From Eledone cirrhosa (Eukaryota): a stretch of 64,000 nucleotides of DNA. Numbering within the stretch: position 1 is the first letter of the stretch; each line of letters opens with the position of its first letter. Positions 42,301 through 57,100 of the stretch are shown here, piece by piece. The notes below the pieces were generated by a model, which did not search any database, was not told the DNA's origin, and was given only the letters and a program-made list of their open reading frames with translations. The position numbers and the translations under genes were made by a program. Location of the stretch: contig OZ024750.1 of assembly GCA_964016885.1 (NCBI GenBank), positions 31,124,001 to 31,188,000 of the forward strand, written 5' to 3'.

Positions 42301-43999
42301 CTCTCAGAAGAGATAGACCTAGTGTACACTAACATAACATGTAGAAACCTCTCTCAGAAGAGATAGACCTAGTGTACACTAACATAACATGTACAGACCT
42401 CTCTCAGAAGAGATAAACCTAGTGTACACTAACATAACATGTACAGACCTCTCCCAGAAGTGATAGACCTAGTGTACACTAACATAACATGTAGAAACCT
42501 CTCTCAGAAGAGATAGACCTAGTGTACACTAACATAACATGTAGAAACCTCTCTCAGAAGAGATAAACCTAGTGTACACTAACATAACATGTACAGACCT
42601 CTCTCAGAAGAGATAGACCTAGTGTACACTAACATAACATGTAGAAACCTCTCTCAGAAGAGATAAACCTAGTGTACACTAACATAACATGTACTGACCT
42701 CTCTCAAAAGCGATAGACCTAGTGTACACTAACATAACATGTACAGACCTCTCTCAGAAGAGATAGACCTAGTGTACAGTAACATAACATGTACAGACCT
42801 CTCTCAGAAGAGATAGACCTAGTGTACACTAACATGACATGTACAGACCTCTCCCAGAAGAGATAGACCTAGTGTACACTAACATAACATGTAGAAACCT
42901 CTCTCAGAAGAGATAGACCTAGTGTACACTAACATAACATGTAGAAACCTCTCTCAGAAGAGATAGACCTAGTGTACACTAACATAACATGTAGAAACCT
43001 CTCCCAGAAGGGATAGACCTAGTGTACACTAACATAACATGTAGAAACCTCTCTCAGAAGAGATAGACCTAGTGTACACTAACATAACATGTACAGACCT
43101 CTCTCAGAAGAGATAGACCTAGTGTACAGTAACATAACATGTACAGACCTCTCTCAGAAGAGATAGACCCAGTGTACACTAACATAACATGTAGAAACCT
43201 CTCTCAGAAGAGATAGACCTAGTGTACACTAAAATAACATGTACAGACCTCTCTCAGAAGTGATAGACCTAGTGTACACTAACATAACATGTAGAAACCT
43301 CTCCCAGAAGAGATAGACCTTGTGTACACTAACATTTACATGTACAGACCTCTCTCAGAAGAGATAGACCTAGTGTACACTAACATAACATGTACCGACC
43401 TCTCTCAGAAGAGATAGACCTAGTGTACAGTAACATAACATGTACAGACCTCTCCCAGAAGAGATAGACCTAGTGTACACTAACATAACATGTAGAAACC
43501 TCTCTCAGAAGAGATAGACCTAGTGTACACTAACATAACATGTAGAAACCTCTCCCAGAAGGGATAGACCTAGTGTACACTAACATAACATGTAGAAACC
43601 TCTCTCAGAAGAGATAGACCTAGTGTACACTAACATAACATGTACAGACCTCTCCCAGAAGAGATAGACCTAGTGTACACTAAAATAAGATGTAGAAACC
43701 TCTCCCAGAAGAGATAGACCTAGTGTACACTAACATAACATGTACAGACCTCTCCCAGAAGAGATAGACCTAGTGTACACTAAAATAAGATGTACAGACC
43801 TCTCTCAGAAGAGATAGACCTAGTGTACAATAACATAAGATGTACAGACCTCTCTCAGAAGAGATAGACCTAGTGTACACTAACATAACATGTACAGACC
43901 TCTCTCAGAAGAGATAGACCTAGTGTACACTAACATAACATGTAGAAACCTCTCTCAGAAGAGATAGACCTAGTGTACACTAACATAACATGTACAGAC

Positions 44000-46900
44000 C
44001 TCTCTCAGAAGAGATAGACCTAGTGTACACTAACATAACATGTACAGACCTCTCTCAGAAGAGATAGACCTAGTGTACACTAACATGACATGTACAGACC
44101 TCTCCCAGAAGAGATAGACCTAGTGTACACTAACATAACATGTAGAAACCTCTGTCAGAAGAGATAGACCTAGTGTACACTAACATAACATGTAGAAACC
44201 TCTCTCAGAAGAGATAGACCTAGTGTACACTAACATAACATGTAGAAACCTCTCCCAGAAGGGATAGACCTAGTGTACACTAACATAACATGTAGAAACC
44301 TCTCTCAGAAGAGATAGACCTAGTGTACACTAACATAACATGTACAGACCTCTCTCAGAAGAGATAGACCTAGTGTACAGTAACATAACATGTACAGACC
44401 TCTCTCAGAAGAGATAGACCTAGTGTACACTAACATAACATGTAGAAACCTCTCTCAGAAGAGATAGACCTAGTGTACACTAAAATAACATGTACAGACC
44501 TCTCTCAGAAGAGATAGACCTAGTGTACACTAATATAACATGTAGAAACCTCTCCCAGAAGAGGTAGACCTTGTGTACACTAACATTTACATGTACAGAC
44601 CTCTCTCAGAAGAGATAGACCTAGTGTACACTAACATAACATGTACCGACCTCTCTCAGAAGAGATAGACCTAGTGTACAGTAACATAACATGTACAGAC
44701 CTCTCCCAGAAGAGATAGACCTAGTGTACACTAACATAACATGTAGAAACCTCTCTCAGAAGAGATAGACCTAGTGTACACTAACATAACATGTAGAAAC
44801 CTCTCCCAGAAGGGATAGACCTAGTGTACACTAACATAACATGTAGAAACCTCTCTCAGAAGAGATAGACCTAGTGTACACTAACATAACATGTACAGAC
44901 CTCTCCCAGAAGAGATAGACCTAGTGTACACTAAAATAAGATGTAGAAACCTCTCCCAGAAGAGATAGACCTAGTGTACACTAACATAACATGTACAGAC
45001 CTCTCCCAGAAGAGATAGACCTAGTGTACACTAAAATAAGATGTACAGACCTCTCTCAGAAGAGATAGACCTAGTGTACACTAACATAACATGTAGAAAC
45101 CTCTCCCAGAAGAGATAGACCTAGTGTACAATAACATAAGATGTACAGACCTCTCTCAGAAGAGATAGACCTAGTGTACACTAACATAACATGTACAGAC
45201 CTCTCTCAGAAGAGATAGACCTAGTGTACACTAACATAACATGTAGAAACCTCTCTCAGAAGAGATAGACCTAGTGTACACTAACATAACATGTAGAAAC
45301 CTCTCTCAGAAGAGATAGACCTAGTGTACACTAACATAACATGTAGAAACCTCTCTCAGAAGAGATAGACCTAGTGTACACTAACATAACATGTAGAAAC
45401 CTCTCTCAGAAGAGATAGACCTAGTGTACAGTAACGTAACATGTACAGACCTCTCCCAGAAGAGATAGACCTAGTGTACACTAACATAACATGTAGAAAC
45501 CTCTCTCAGAAGAGATAGACCTAGTGTACACTAACATAACATGTACAGACCTCTCTCAGAAGAGATAAACCTAGTGTACACTAACATAACATGTACAGAC
45601 CTCTCCCAGAAGAGATAGACCTAGTGTACACTAACATAACATGTACAGACCTCTCTCAGAAGAGATAGACCTAGTGTACACTAAGATAACATGTAGAACC
45701 TCTCTCAGAAGAGATAGACCTAGTGTACACTAACATAACATGTACAGACCTCTCTCAGAAGAGATAGACCTAGTGTACACTAACATAACATGTAGAAACC
45801 TCTCTCAGAAGAGATAGACCTAGTGTACACTAAAATAACATGTACAGACCTCTCTCAGAAGAGATAGACCTAGTGTACACTAACATAACATGTAGAAACC
45901 TCTCCCAGAAGAGATAGACTTAGTGTACACTAACATAACATGTAGAAACCTCTCCCAGAAGAGATAGACCTAGTGTACACTAACATAACATGTACAGACC
46001 TCTCTCAGAAGAGATAGACCTAGTGTACACTAACATAACATGTACAGACCTCTCTCAGAAGAGATAGACCTAGTGTACACTAACATAACATGTAGAAACC
46101 TCTCTCAGAAGAGATAGACCTAGTGTACACTAACATAACATGTAGAAACCTCTCTCAGAAGAGATAGACCTAGTGTACACTAATATAACATGTAGAAACC
46201 TCTCTCAGAAGAGATAGACCTAGTGTACACTAACATAACATGTAGAAACCTCTCTCAGGAGAGATAGACCTAGTGTACACTAACATAACATGTACAGACC
46301 TCTCTCAGAAGAGATAGACCTAGTGTACACTAACATAACATGTAGAAACCTCTCTCAGAAGAGATAGACCTAGTGTACACTAACATAACATGTAGAAACC
46401 TCTCTCAGAAGAGATAGACCTAGTGTACAGTAACATAACATGTACAGACCTCTCCCAGAAGAGATAGACCTAGTGTACACTAACATAACATGTAGAAACC
46501 TCTCTCAGAAGAGATAGACCTAGTGTACACTAACATAACATGTAGAAACCTCTCCCAGAAGGGATAGACCTAGTGTACACTAAGATAACATGTAGAACCT
46601 CTCTCAGAAGAGATAGACCTAGTGTACACTGACATAACATGTACAGACCTCTCTCAGAAGAGATAGACCTAGTGTACACTAACATAACATGTAGAAACCT
46701 CTCTCAGAAGAGATAGACCTAGTGTACACTAAAATAACATGTACAGACCTCTCTCAGAAGAGATAGACCTAGTGTACACTAACATAACATGTAGAAACCT
46801 GTCCCAGAAGAGATAGACTTAGTGTACACTAACATAACATGTACAGACCTCTCTCAGAAGAGATAGACCTAGTGTACACTAACATAACATGTAGAAACCT

Positions 46901-49900
46901 CTCCCAGAAGAGATAAACCTAGTGTACACTAACATAACATGTACAGACCTCTCTCAGAAGAGATAAACCTAGTGTACACTAACATAACATGTAGAAACCT
47001 CTCCCAGAATAGATAAACCTAGTGTACACTAACATAACATGTAGAATCCTCTCCCAGAAGAGATAAACCTAGTGTACACTAACATAACATGTACAGACCT
47101 CTCTCAGAAGAGATAAACCTAGTGTACACTAAAATAAGATGTACAGACCTCTCTCAGAAGAAATAGACCTAGTGTACACTAACATAACATGTACAGACCT
47201 CTCTCAGAAGAGATAGACCTAGTGTACACTAACATAACATGTAGAAACCTCTCTCAGAAGAGATAGACCTAGTGTACACTAACATAACATGTACAGAACT
47301 CTCTCAGAAGAGATAGACCTAGTGTACACTAACATAACATGTACAGACCTCTCTCAGAAGAGATAGACCTAGTGTACACTAACATGACATGTACAGACCT
47401 CTCCCAGAAGAGATAGACCTAGTGTACACTAACATAACATGTAGAAACCTCTCTCAGAAGAGATAGACCTAGTGTACACTAACATAACATGTAGAAACCT
47501 CTCTCAGAAGAGATAGACCTAGTGTACACTAACATAACATGTAGAAACCTCTCCCAGAAGGGATAGACCTAGTGTACACTAACATAACATGTAGAAACCT
47601 CTCTCAGAAGAGATAGACCTAGTGTACACTAACATAACATGTACAGACCTCTCTCAGAAGAGATAGACCTAGTGTACAGTAACATAACATGTACAGACCT
47701 CTCTTAGAAGAGATAGACCTAGTGTACACTAACATAACATGTAGAAACCTCTCTCAGAAGAGATAGACCTAGTGTACACTAAAATAACATGTACAGACCT
47801 CTCTCAGAAGAGATAGACCTAGTGTACACTAACATAACATGTAGAAACCTCTCCCAGAAGAGATAGACCTTGTGTACACTAACATTTACATGTACAGACC
47901 TCTCTCAGAAGAGATAGACCTAGTGTACACTAACATAACATGTACCGACCTCTCTCAGAAGAGATAGACCTAGTGTACAGTAACATAACATGTACAGACC
48001 TCTCCCAGAAGAGATAGACCTAGTGTACACTAACATAACATGTAGAAACCTCTCTCAGAAGAGATAGACCTAGTGTACACTAACATAACATGTAGAAACC
48101 TCTCCCAGAAGGGATAGACCTAGTGTACACTAACATAACATGTAGAAACCTCTCTCAGAAGAGATAGACCTAGTGTACACTAACATAACATGTACAGACC
48201 TCTCCCAGAAGAGATAGACCTAGTGTACACTAAAATAAGATGTAGAAACCTCTCCCAGAAGAGATAGACCTAGTGTACACTAACATAACATGTACAGACC
48301 TCTCCCAGAAGAGATAGATCTAGTGTACACTAAAATAAGATGTACAGACCTCTCTCAGAAGAGATAGACCTAGTGTACACTAACATAACATGTAGAAACC
48401 TCTCCCAGAAGAGATAGACCTAGTGTACAATAACATAAGATGTACAGACCTCTCTCAGAAGAGATAGACCTAGTGTACACTAACATAACATGTACAGACC
48501 TCTCTCAGAAGAGATAGACCTAGTGTACACTAACATAACATGTAGAAACCTCTCTCAGAAGAGATAGACCTAGTGTACACTAACATAACATGTAGAAACC
48601 TCTCTCAGAAGAGATAGACCTAGTGTACACTAACATAACATGTAGAAACCTCTCTCAGAAGAGATAGACCTAGTGTACACTAACATAACATGTAGAAACC
48701 TCTCTCAGAAGAGATAGACCTAGTGTACAGTAACATAACATGTACAGACCTCTCCCAGAAGAGATAGACCTAGTGTACACTAACGTAACATGTAGAAACC
48801 TCTCTCAGAAGAGATAGACCTAGTGTACACTAACATAACATGTACAGACCTCTCTCAGAAGAGATAAACCTAGTGTACACTAACATAACATGTACAGACC
48901 TCTCCCAGAAGAGATAGACCTAGTGTGCACTAACATAACATGTACAGACCTCTCTCAGAAGAGATAGACCTAGTGTACACTAAGATAACATGTAGAACCT
49001 CTCTCAGAAGAGATAGACCTAGTGTACACTAACATAACATGTACAGACCTCTCTCAGAAGAGATAGACCTAGTGTACACTAACATAACATGTAGAAACCT
49101 CTCTCAGAAGAGATAGACCTAGTGTACACTAAAATAACATGTACAGACCTCTCTCAGAAGAGATAGACCTAGTGTACACTAACATAACATGTAGAAACCT
49201 CTCCCAGAAGAGATAGACTTAGTGTACACTAACATAACATGTAGAAACCTCTCCCAGAAGAGATAGACCTAGTGTACACTAACATAACATGTACAGACCT
49301 CTCTCAGAAGAGATAGACCTAGTGTACACTAACATAACATGTACAGACCTCTCTCAGAAGAGATAGACCTAGTGTACACTAACATAACATGTAGAAACCT
49401 CTCTCAGAAGAGATAGACCTAGTGTACACTAACATAACATGTAGAAACCTCTCTCAGAAGAGATAGACCTAGTGTACACTAATATAACATGTAGAAACCT
49501 CTCTCAGAAGAGATAGACCTAGTGTACACTAACATAACATGTAGAAACCTCTCTCAGAAGAGATAGACCTAGTGTACACTAACATAACATGTACAGACCT
49601 CTCTCAGAAGAGATAGACCTAGTGTACACTAACATAACATGTAGAAACCTCTCTCAGAAGAGATAGACCTAGTGTACACTAACATAACATGTAGAAACCT
49701 CTCTCAGAAGAGATAGACCTAGTGTACAGTAACATAACATGTACAGACCTCTCCCAGAAGAGATAGACCTAGTGTACACTAACATAACATGTAGAAACCT
49801 CTCTCAGAAGAGATAGACCTAGTGTACACTAACATAACATGTAGAAACCTCTCCCAGAAGGGATAGACCTAGTGTACACTAAGATAACATGTAGAACCTC

Positions 49901-50580
49901 TCTCAGAAGAGATAGACCTAGTGTACACTAACATAACATGTACAGACCTCTCTCAGAAGAGATAGACCTAGTGTACACTAACATAACATGTAGAAACCTC
50001 TCTCAGAAGAGATAGACCTAGTGTACACTAAAATAACATGTACAGACCTCTCTCAGAAGAGATAGACCTAGTGTACACTAACATAACATGTAGAAACCTC
50101 TCCCAGAAGAGATAGACTTAGTGTACACTAACATAACATGTACAGACCTCTCTCAGAAGAGATAGACCTAGTGTACATTAACATAACATGTAGAAACCTC
50201 TCCCAGAAGAGATAAACCTAGTGTACACTAACATAACATGTACAGACCTCTCTCAGAAGAGATAAACCTAGTGTACACTAACATAACATGTAGAAACCTC
50301 TCCCAGAATAGATAAACCTAGTGTACACTAACATAACATGTAGAATCCTCTCCCAGAAGAGATAAACCTAGTGTACACTAACATAACATGTACAGACCTC
50401 TCTCAGAAGAGATAAACCTAGTGTACACTAAAATAAGATGTACAGACCTCTCTCAGAAGAAATAGACCTAGTGTACACTAACATAACATGTACAGACCTC
50501 TCTCAGAAGAGATAGACCTAGTGTACACTAACATAACATGTAGAAACCTCTCTCAGAAGAGATAGACCTAGTGTACACTA
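44000..50580. repeat. Tandem duplication, offset 3,299 bp (66 monomers minus 1 nt)
   Basis: TTGTGTACACTAACATTTAC at 44571/47870; TAAGATAACATGTAGAACCT at 45682/48981 and 46581/49880. Confidence 0.85.
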
Positions 50581-53500
50581 ACATAACATGTACAGACCTC
50601 TCTCAGAAGAGATAAACCTAGTGTACACTAACATAACATGTACAGACCTCTCCCAGAAGAGATAGACCTAATGTACACTAACATAACATGTAGAAACCTC
50701 TCTCAGAAAAGATAGACCTAGTGTACACTAACATAACATGTAGAAACCTCTCTCAGAAGAGATAAACCTAGTGTACACTAACATAACATGTACAGACCTC
50801 TCTCAGCAGAGATAGACCTAGTGTACACAAACATAACATGTAGAAACCTCTCTCAGAAGAGATAAACCTAGTGTACACTAACATAACATGTACTGACCTC
50901 TCTCAAAAGCGATAGACCTAGTGTACACTAACATAACATTGTACAGACCTCTCTCAGAAGAGATAGACCTAGTGTACACTAACATAACATGTACAGACCT
51001 CTCTCAGAAGAGATAGACCTAGTGTACACTAACATGACATGTACAGACCTCTCCCAGAAGAGATAGACCTAGTGTACACTAACATAACATGTAGAAACCT
51101 CTCTCAGAAGAGATAGACCTAGTGTACATTAACATAACATGTACAGACCTCTCTCAGAAGAGATAAACCTAGTGTACACTAACATAACATGTACAGACCT
51201 CTCTCAGAAGAGATAGACCTAGTGTACACTAACATAACATGTAGAAACCTCTCTCAGAAGAGATAGACCTAGTGTACACTAACATAACATGTAGAAACCT
51301 CTCTCAGAAGAGATAAACCTAGTGTACACTAACATAACATGTAGAAACCTCTCTCAGAAGAGATTAACCTAGTGTACACTAACATAACATGTACAGACCT
51401 CTCTCAGAAGAGATAGACCTAGTGTACACTAACATAACATGTAGAAACCTCTCTCAGAAGAGATAGAGCTAGTGTACATTAACATAAGATGTACAGACCT
51501 CTCTCAGAAGGAAATAGACCTAGTGTACACTAACATAACATGTAGAAACCTCTCCCAGAAGAGATAAACATAGTGTACACTAACATAAGATGTACAGACC
51601 TCTCTCAGAAGAGATAGACCTAGTGTACACTAACATAACATGTAGAAACCTCTCCCAGAAGAGATAGACCTAGTGTACACTAACATAACATGTAGAAACC
51701 TCTCTCAGAAGAGATAGACCTAGTGTACACTAACATAACATGTACAGACCTCTCCCAGAAGAGATAGACCTAGTGTACACTAAAATAAGATGTACGGACC
51801 TCTCTCAGAAGAGATAGACCTAGTGTACACTAACATAACATGTAGAAACCTCTCCCAGAAGAGATAGACCTAGTGTACACTAACATAAGATGTACAGACC
51901 TCTCCCAGAAGAGATAGACCTAGTGTACACTAACATAACATGTAGAAACCTCTCCCAGAAGAGATAGACCTAGTGTACACTAACATAAGATGTACAGACC
52001 TCTCTCAGAAGAGATAGACCTCGTGTACACTAACATAACATGTAGAAACCTCTCCCAGAAGAGATACACCTAGTGTACACTAACATAACATGTACAGACG
52101 TCTCCCAGAAGAGATAGACCTAGTGTACACTAAAATAAGATGTACAGACCTCTCTCAGAATTGATAGACCTAGTGTACACTAACATAACATGTACAGACC
52201 TCTCTCAGAAGAGATAGACCTAGTGTACACTAACATAACATGTACAGACCTCTCTCAGAAGAGATAGACCTAGTCTACACTAACATAAGATGTACAGACC
52301 TCTCTCAGAAGAGATAGACCTAGTGTACACTAACATAACATGTAGAAACCTCTCTCAGAAGAGATAGACCTAGTGTACACTAACATAACATGTAGAAACC
52401 TCTCTCAGAAGAGATAGACCTAGTGTACAGTAACATAACATGTACAGACCTCTCCCAGAAGAGATAGACCTAGTGTACACTAACATAACATGTAGAAACC
52501 TCTCTCAGAAGAGATAGACCTAGTGTACACTAACATAACATGTAGAAACCTCTCCCAGAAGGGATAGACCTAGTGTACACTAAGATAACATGTAGAACCT
52601 CTCTCAGAAGAGATAGACCTAGTGTACACTAACATAACATGTACAGACCTCTCTCAGAAGAGATAGACCTAGTGTACACTAACATAACATGTAGAAACCT
52701 CTCTCAGAAGAGATAGACCTAGTGTACACTAAAATAACATGTACAGACCTCTCTCAGAAGAGATAGACCTAGTGTACACTAACATAACATGTAGAAACCT
52801 CTCCCAGAAGAGATAGACTTAGTGTACACTAACATAACATGTACAGACCTCTCTCAGAAGAGATAGACCTAGTGTACACTAACATAACATGTAGAAACCT
52901 CTCCCAGAAGAGATAAACCTAGTGTACACTAACATAACATGTACAGACCTCTCTCAGAAGAGATAAACCTAGTGTACACTAACATAACATGTAGAAACCT
53001 CTCCCAGAATAGATAAACCTAGTGTACACTAACATAACATGTAGAATCCTCTCCCAGAAGAGATAAACCTAGTGTACACTAACATAACATGTACAGACCT
53101 CTCTCAGAAGAGATAAACCTAGTGTACACTAAAATAAGATGTACAGACCTCTCTCAGAAGAAATAGACCTAGTGTACACTAACATAACATGTACAGACCT
53201 CTCTCAGAAGAGATAGACCTAGTGTACACTAACATAACATGTAGAAACCTCTCTCAGAAGAGATAGACCTAGTGTACACTAACATAACATGTACAGACCT
53301 CTCTCAGAAGAGATAAACCTAGTGTACACTAACATAACATGTACAGACCTCTCCCAGAAGAGATAGACCTAGTGTACACTAACATAACATGTAGAAACCT
53401 CTCTCAGAAGAGATAGACCTAGTGTACACTAACATAACATGTAGAAACCTCTCTCAGAAGAGATAAACCTAGTGTACACTAACGTAACATGTACAGACCT

Positions 53501-54149
53501 CTCTCAGAAGAGATAGACCTAGTGTACACTAACATAACATGTAGAAACCTCTCTCAGAAGAGATAAACCTAGTGTACACTAACATAACATGTACTGACCT
53601 CTCTCAAAAGCGATAGACCTAGTGTACACTAACATAACATTGTACAGACCTCTCTCAGAAGAGATAGACCTAGTGTACACTAACATAACATGTAGAAACC
53701 TCTCTCAGAAGAGATAGACCTAGTGTACAGTAACATAACATGTACAGACCTCTCCCAGAAGAGATAGACCTAGTGTACACTAACATAACATGTAGAAACC
53801 TCTCTCAGAAGAGATAGACCTAGTGTACACTAACATAACATGTAGAAACCTCTCCCAGAAGGGATAGACCTAGTGTACACTAAGATAACATGTAGAACCT
53901 CTCTCAGAAGAGATAGACCTAGTGTACACTAACATAACATGTACAGAACTCTCTCAGAAGAGATAGACCTAGTGTACACTAACATAACATGTAGAAACCT
54001 CTCTCAGAAGAGATAGACCTAGTGTACACTAAAATAACATGTACAGACCTCTCTCAGAAGAGATAGACCTAGTGTACACTAACATAACATGTAGAAACCT
54101 CTCCCAGAAGAGATAGACTTAGTGTACACTAACATAACATGTACAGACC

Positions 54150-57100
54150 TCTCTCAGAAGAGATAGACCTAGTGTACACTAACATAACATGTAGAAACCT
54201 CTCCCAGAAGAGATAAACCTAGTGTACACTAACATAACATGTACAGACCTCTCTCAGAAGAGATAAACCTAGTGTACACTAACATAACATGTAGAAACCT
54301 CTCCCAGAATAGATAAACCTAGTGTACACTAACATAACATGTAGAATCCTCTCCCAGAAGAGATAAACCTAGTGTACACTAACATAACATGTACAGACCT
54401 CTCTCAGAAGAGATAAACCTAGTGTACACTAAAATAAGATGTACAGACCTCTCTCAGAAGAAATAGACCTAGTGTACACTAACATAACATGTACAGACCT
54501 CTCTCAGAAGAGATAGACCTAGTGTACACTAACATAACATGTAGAAACCTCTCTCAGAAGAGATAGACCTAGTGTACACTAACATAACATGTACAGACCT
54601 CTCTCAGAAGAGATAAACCTAGTGTACACTAACATAACATGTACAGACCTCTCCCAGAAGAGATAGACCTAGTGTACACTAACATAACATGTAGAAACCT
54701 CTCTCAGAAGAGATAGACCTAGTGTACACTAACATAACATGTAGAAACCTCTCTCAGAAGAGATAAACCTAGTGTACAGTAACATAACATGTACAGACCT
54801 CTCTCAGAAGAGATAGACCTAGTGTACACTAACATAACATGTAGAAACCTCTCTCAGAAGAGATAGACCTAGTGTACACTAAAATAACATGTACAGACCT
54901 CTCTCAGAAGAGATAGACCTAGTGTACACTAACATAACATGTAGAAACCTCTCCCAGAAGAGATAGACCTTGTGTACACTAACATTTACATATACAGACC
55001 TCTCTCAGAAGAGATAGACCTAGTGTACACTAACATAACATGTACCGACCTCTCTCAGAAGAGATAGACCTAGTGTACAGTAACATAACATGTACAGACC
55101 TCTCCCAGAAGAGATAGACCTAGTGTACACTAACATTTACATGTACAGACCTCTCTCAGAAGAGATAGACCTAGTGTACACTAACATAACATGTACAGAC
55201 CTCTCTCAGAAGAGATAGACCTAGTGTACAGTAACATAACATCTACAGACCTCTCTCAGAAGAGATAGACCTAGTGTACACTAACATAACATGTAGAAAC
55301 CTCTCTCAGAAGAGATAGACCTAGTGTACACTAAAATAACATGTACAGACCTCTCTCAGAAGAGATAGACCTAGTGTACACTAACATAACATGTAGAAAC
55401 CTCTCCCAGAAGAGATAGACCTTGTGTACACTAACATTTACATGTACAGACCTCTCTCAGAAGAGATAGACCTACTGTACACTAACATAACATGTACCGA
55501 CCTCTCTCAGAAGAGATAGACCTAGTGTACAGTAACATAACATGTACAGACCTCTCCCAGAAGAGATAGACCTAGTGTACACTAACATAACATGTAGAAA
55601 CCTCTCTCAGAAGAGATAGACCTAGTGTACACTAACATAACATGTAGAAACCTCTCCCAGAAGGGATAGACCTAGTGTACACTAACATAACATGTAGAAA
55701 CCTCTCTCAGAAGAGATAGACCTAGTGTACACTAACATAACATGTACAGACCTCTCCCAGAAGAGATAGACCTAGTGTACACTAAAATAAGATGTAGAAA
55801 CCTCTCCCAGAAGAGATAGACCTAGTGTACACTAACATAACATGTACAGACCTCTCCCAGAAGAGATAGACCTAGTGTACACTAAAATAAGATGTACAGA
55901 CCTCTCTCAGAAGAGATAGACCTAGTGTACACTAACATAACATGTAGAAACCTCTCCCAGAAGAGATAGACCTAGTGTACAATAACATAAGATGTACAGA
56001 CCTCTCTCAGAAGAGATAGACCTAGTGTACACTAACATAACATGTACAGACCTCTCTCAGAAGAGATAGACCTAGTGTACACTAACATAACATGTAGAAA
56101 CCTCTCTCAGAAGAGATAGACCTAGTGTACACTAACATAACATGTAGAAACCTCTCTCAGAAGAGATAGACCTAGTGTACACTAACATAACATGTAGAAA
56201 CCTCTCTCAGAAGAGATAGACCTAGTGTACACTAACATAACATGTAGAAACCTCTCTCAGAAGAGATAGACCTAGTGTACAGTAACATAACATGTACAGA
56301 CCTCTCCCAGAAGAGATAGACCTAGTGTACACTAACATAACATGTAGAAACCTCTCTCAGAAGAGATAGACCTAGTGTACACTAACATAACATGTACAGA
56401 CCTCTCTCAGAAGAGATAAACCTAGTGTACACTAACATAACATGTACAGACCTCTCCCAGAAGAGATAGACCTAGTGTACACTAACATAAGATGTACAGA
56501 CCTCTCTCAGAAGAGATAGACCTAGTGTACACTAAGATAACATGTAGAACCTCTCTCAGAAGAGATAGACCTAGTGTACACTAACATAACATGTACAGAC
56601 CTCTCTCAGAAGAGATAGACCTAGTGTACACTAACATAACATGTAGAAACCTCTCTCAGAAGAGATAGACCTAGTGTACACTAAAATAACATGTACAGAC
56701 CTCTCTCAGAAGAGATAGACCTAGTGTACACTAACATGACATGTAGAAACCTCTCCCAGAAGAGATAGACTTAGTGTACACTAACATAACATGTAGAAAC
56801 CTCTCCCAGAAGAGATAGACCTAGTGTACACTAACATAACATGTACAGACCTCTCTCAGAAGAGATAGACCTAGTGTACACTAACATAACATGTACAGAC
56901 CTCTCTCAGAAGAGATAGACCTAGTGTACACTAACATAACATGTAGAAACCTCTCTCAGAAGAGATAGACCTAGTGTACACTAACATAACATGTAGAAAC
57001 CTCTCTCAGAAGAGATAGACCTAGTGTACACTAATATAACATGTAGAAACCTCTCTCAGAAGAGATAGACCTAGTGTACACTAACATAACATGTAGAAAC

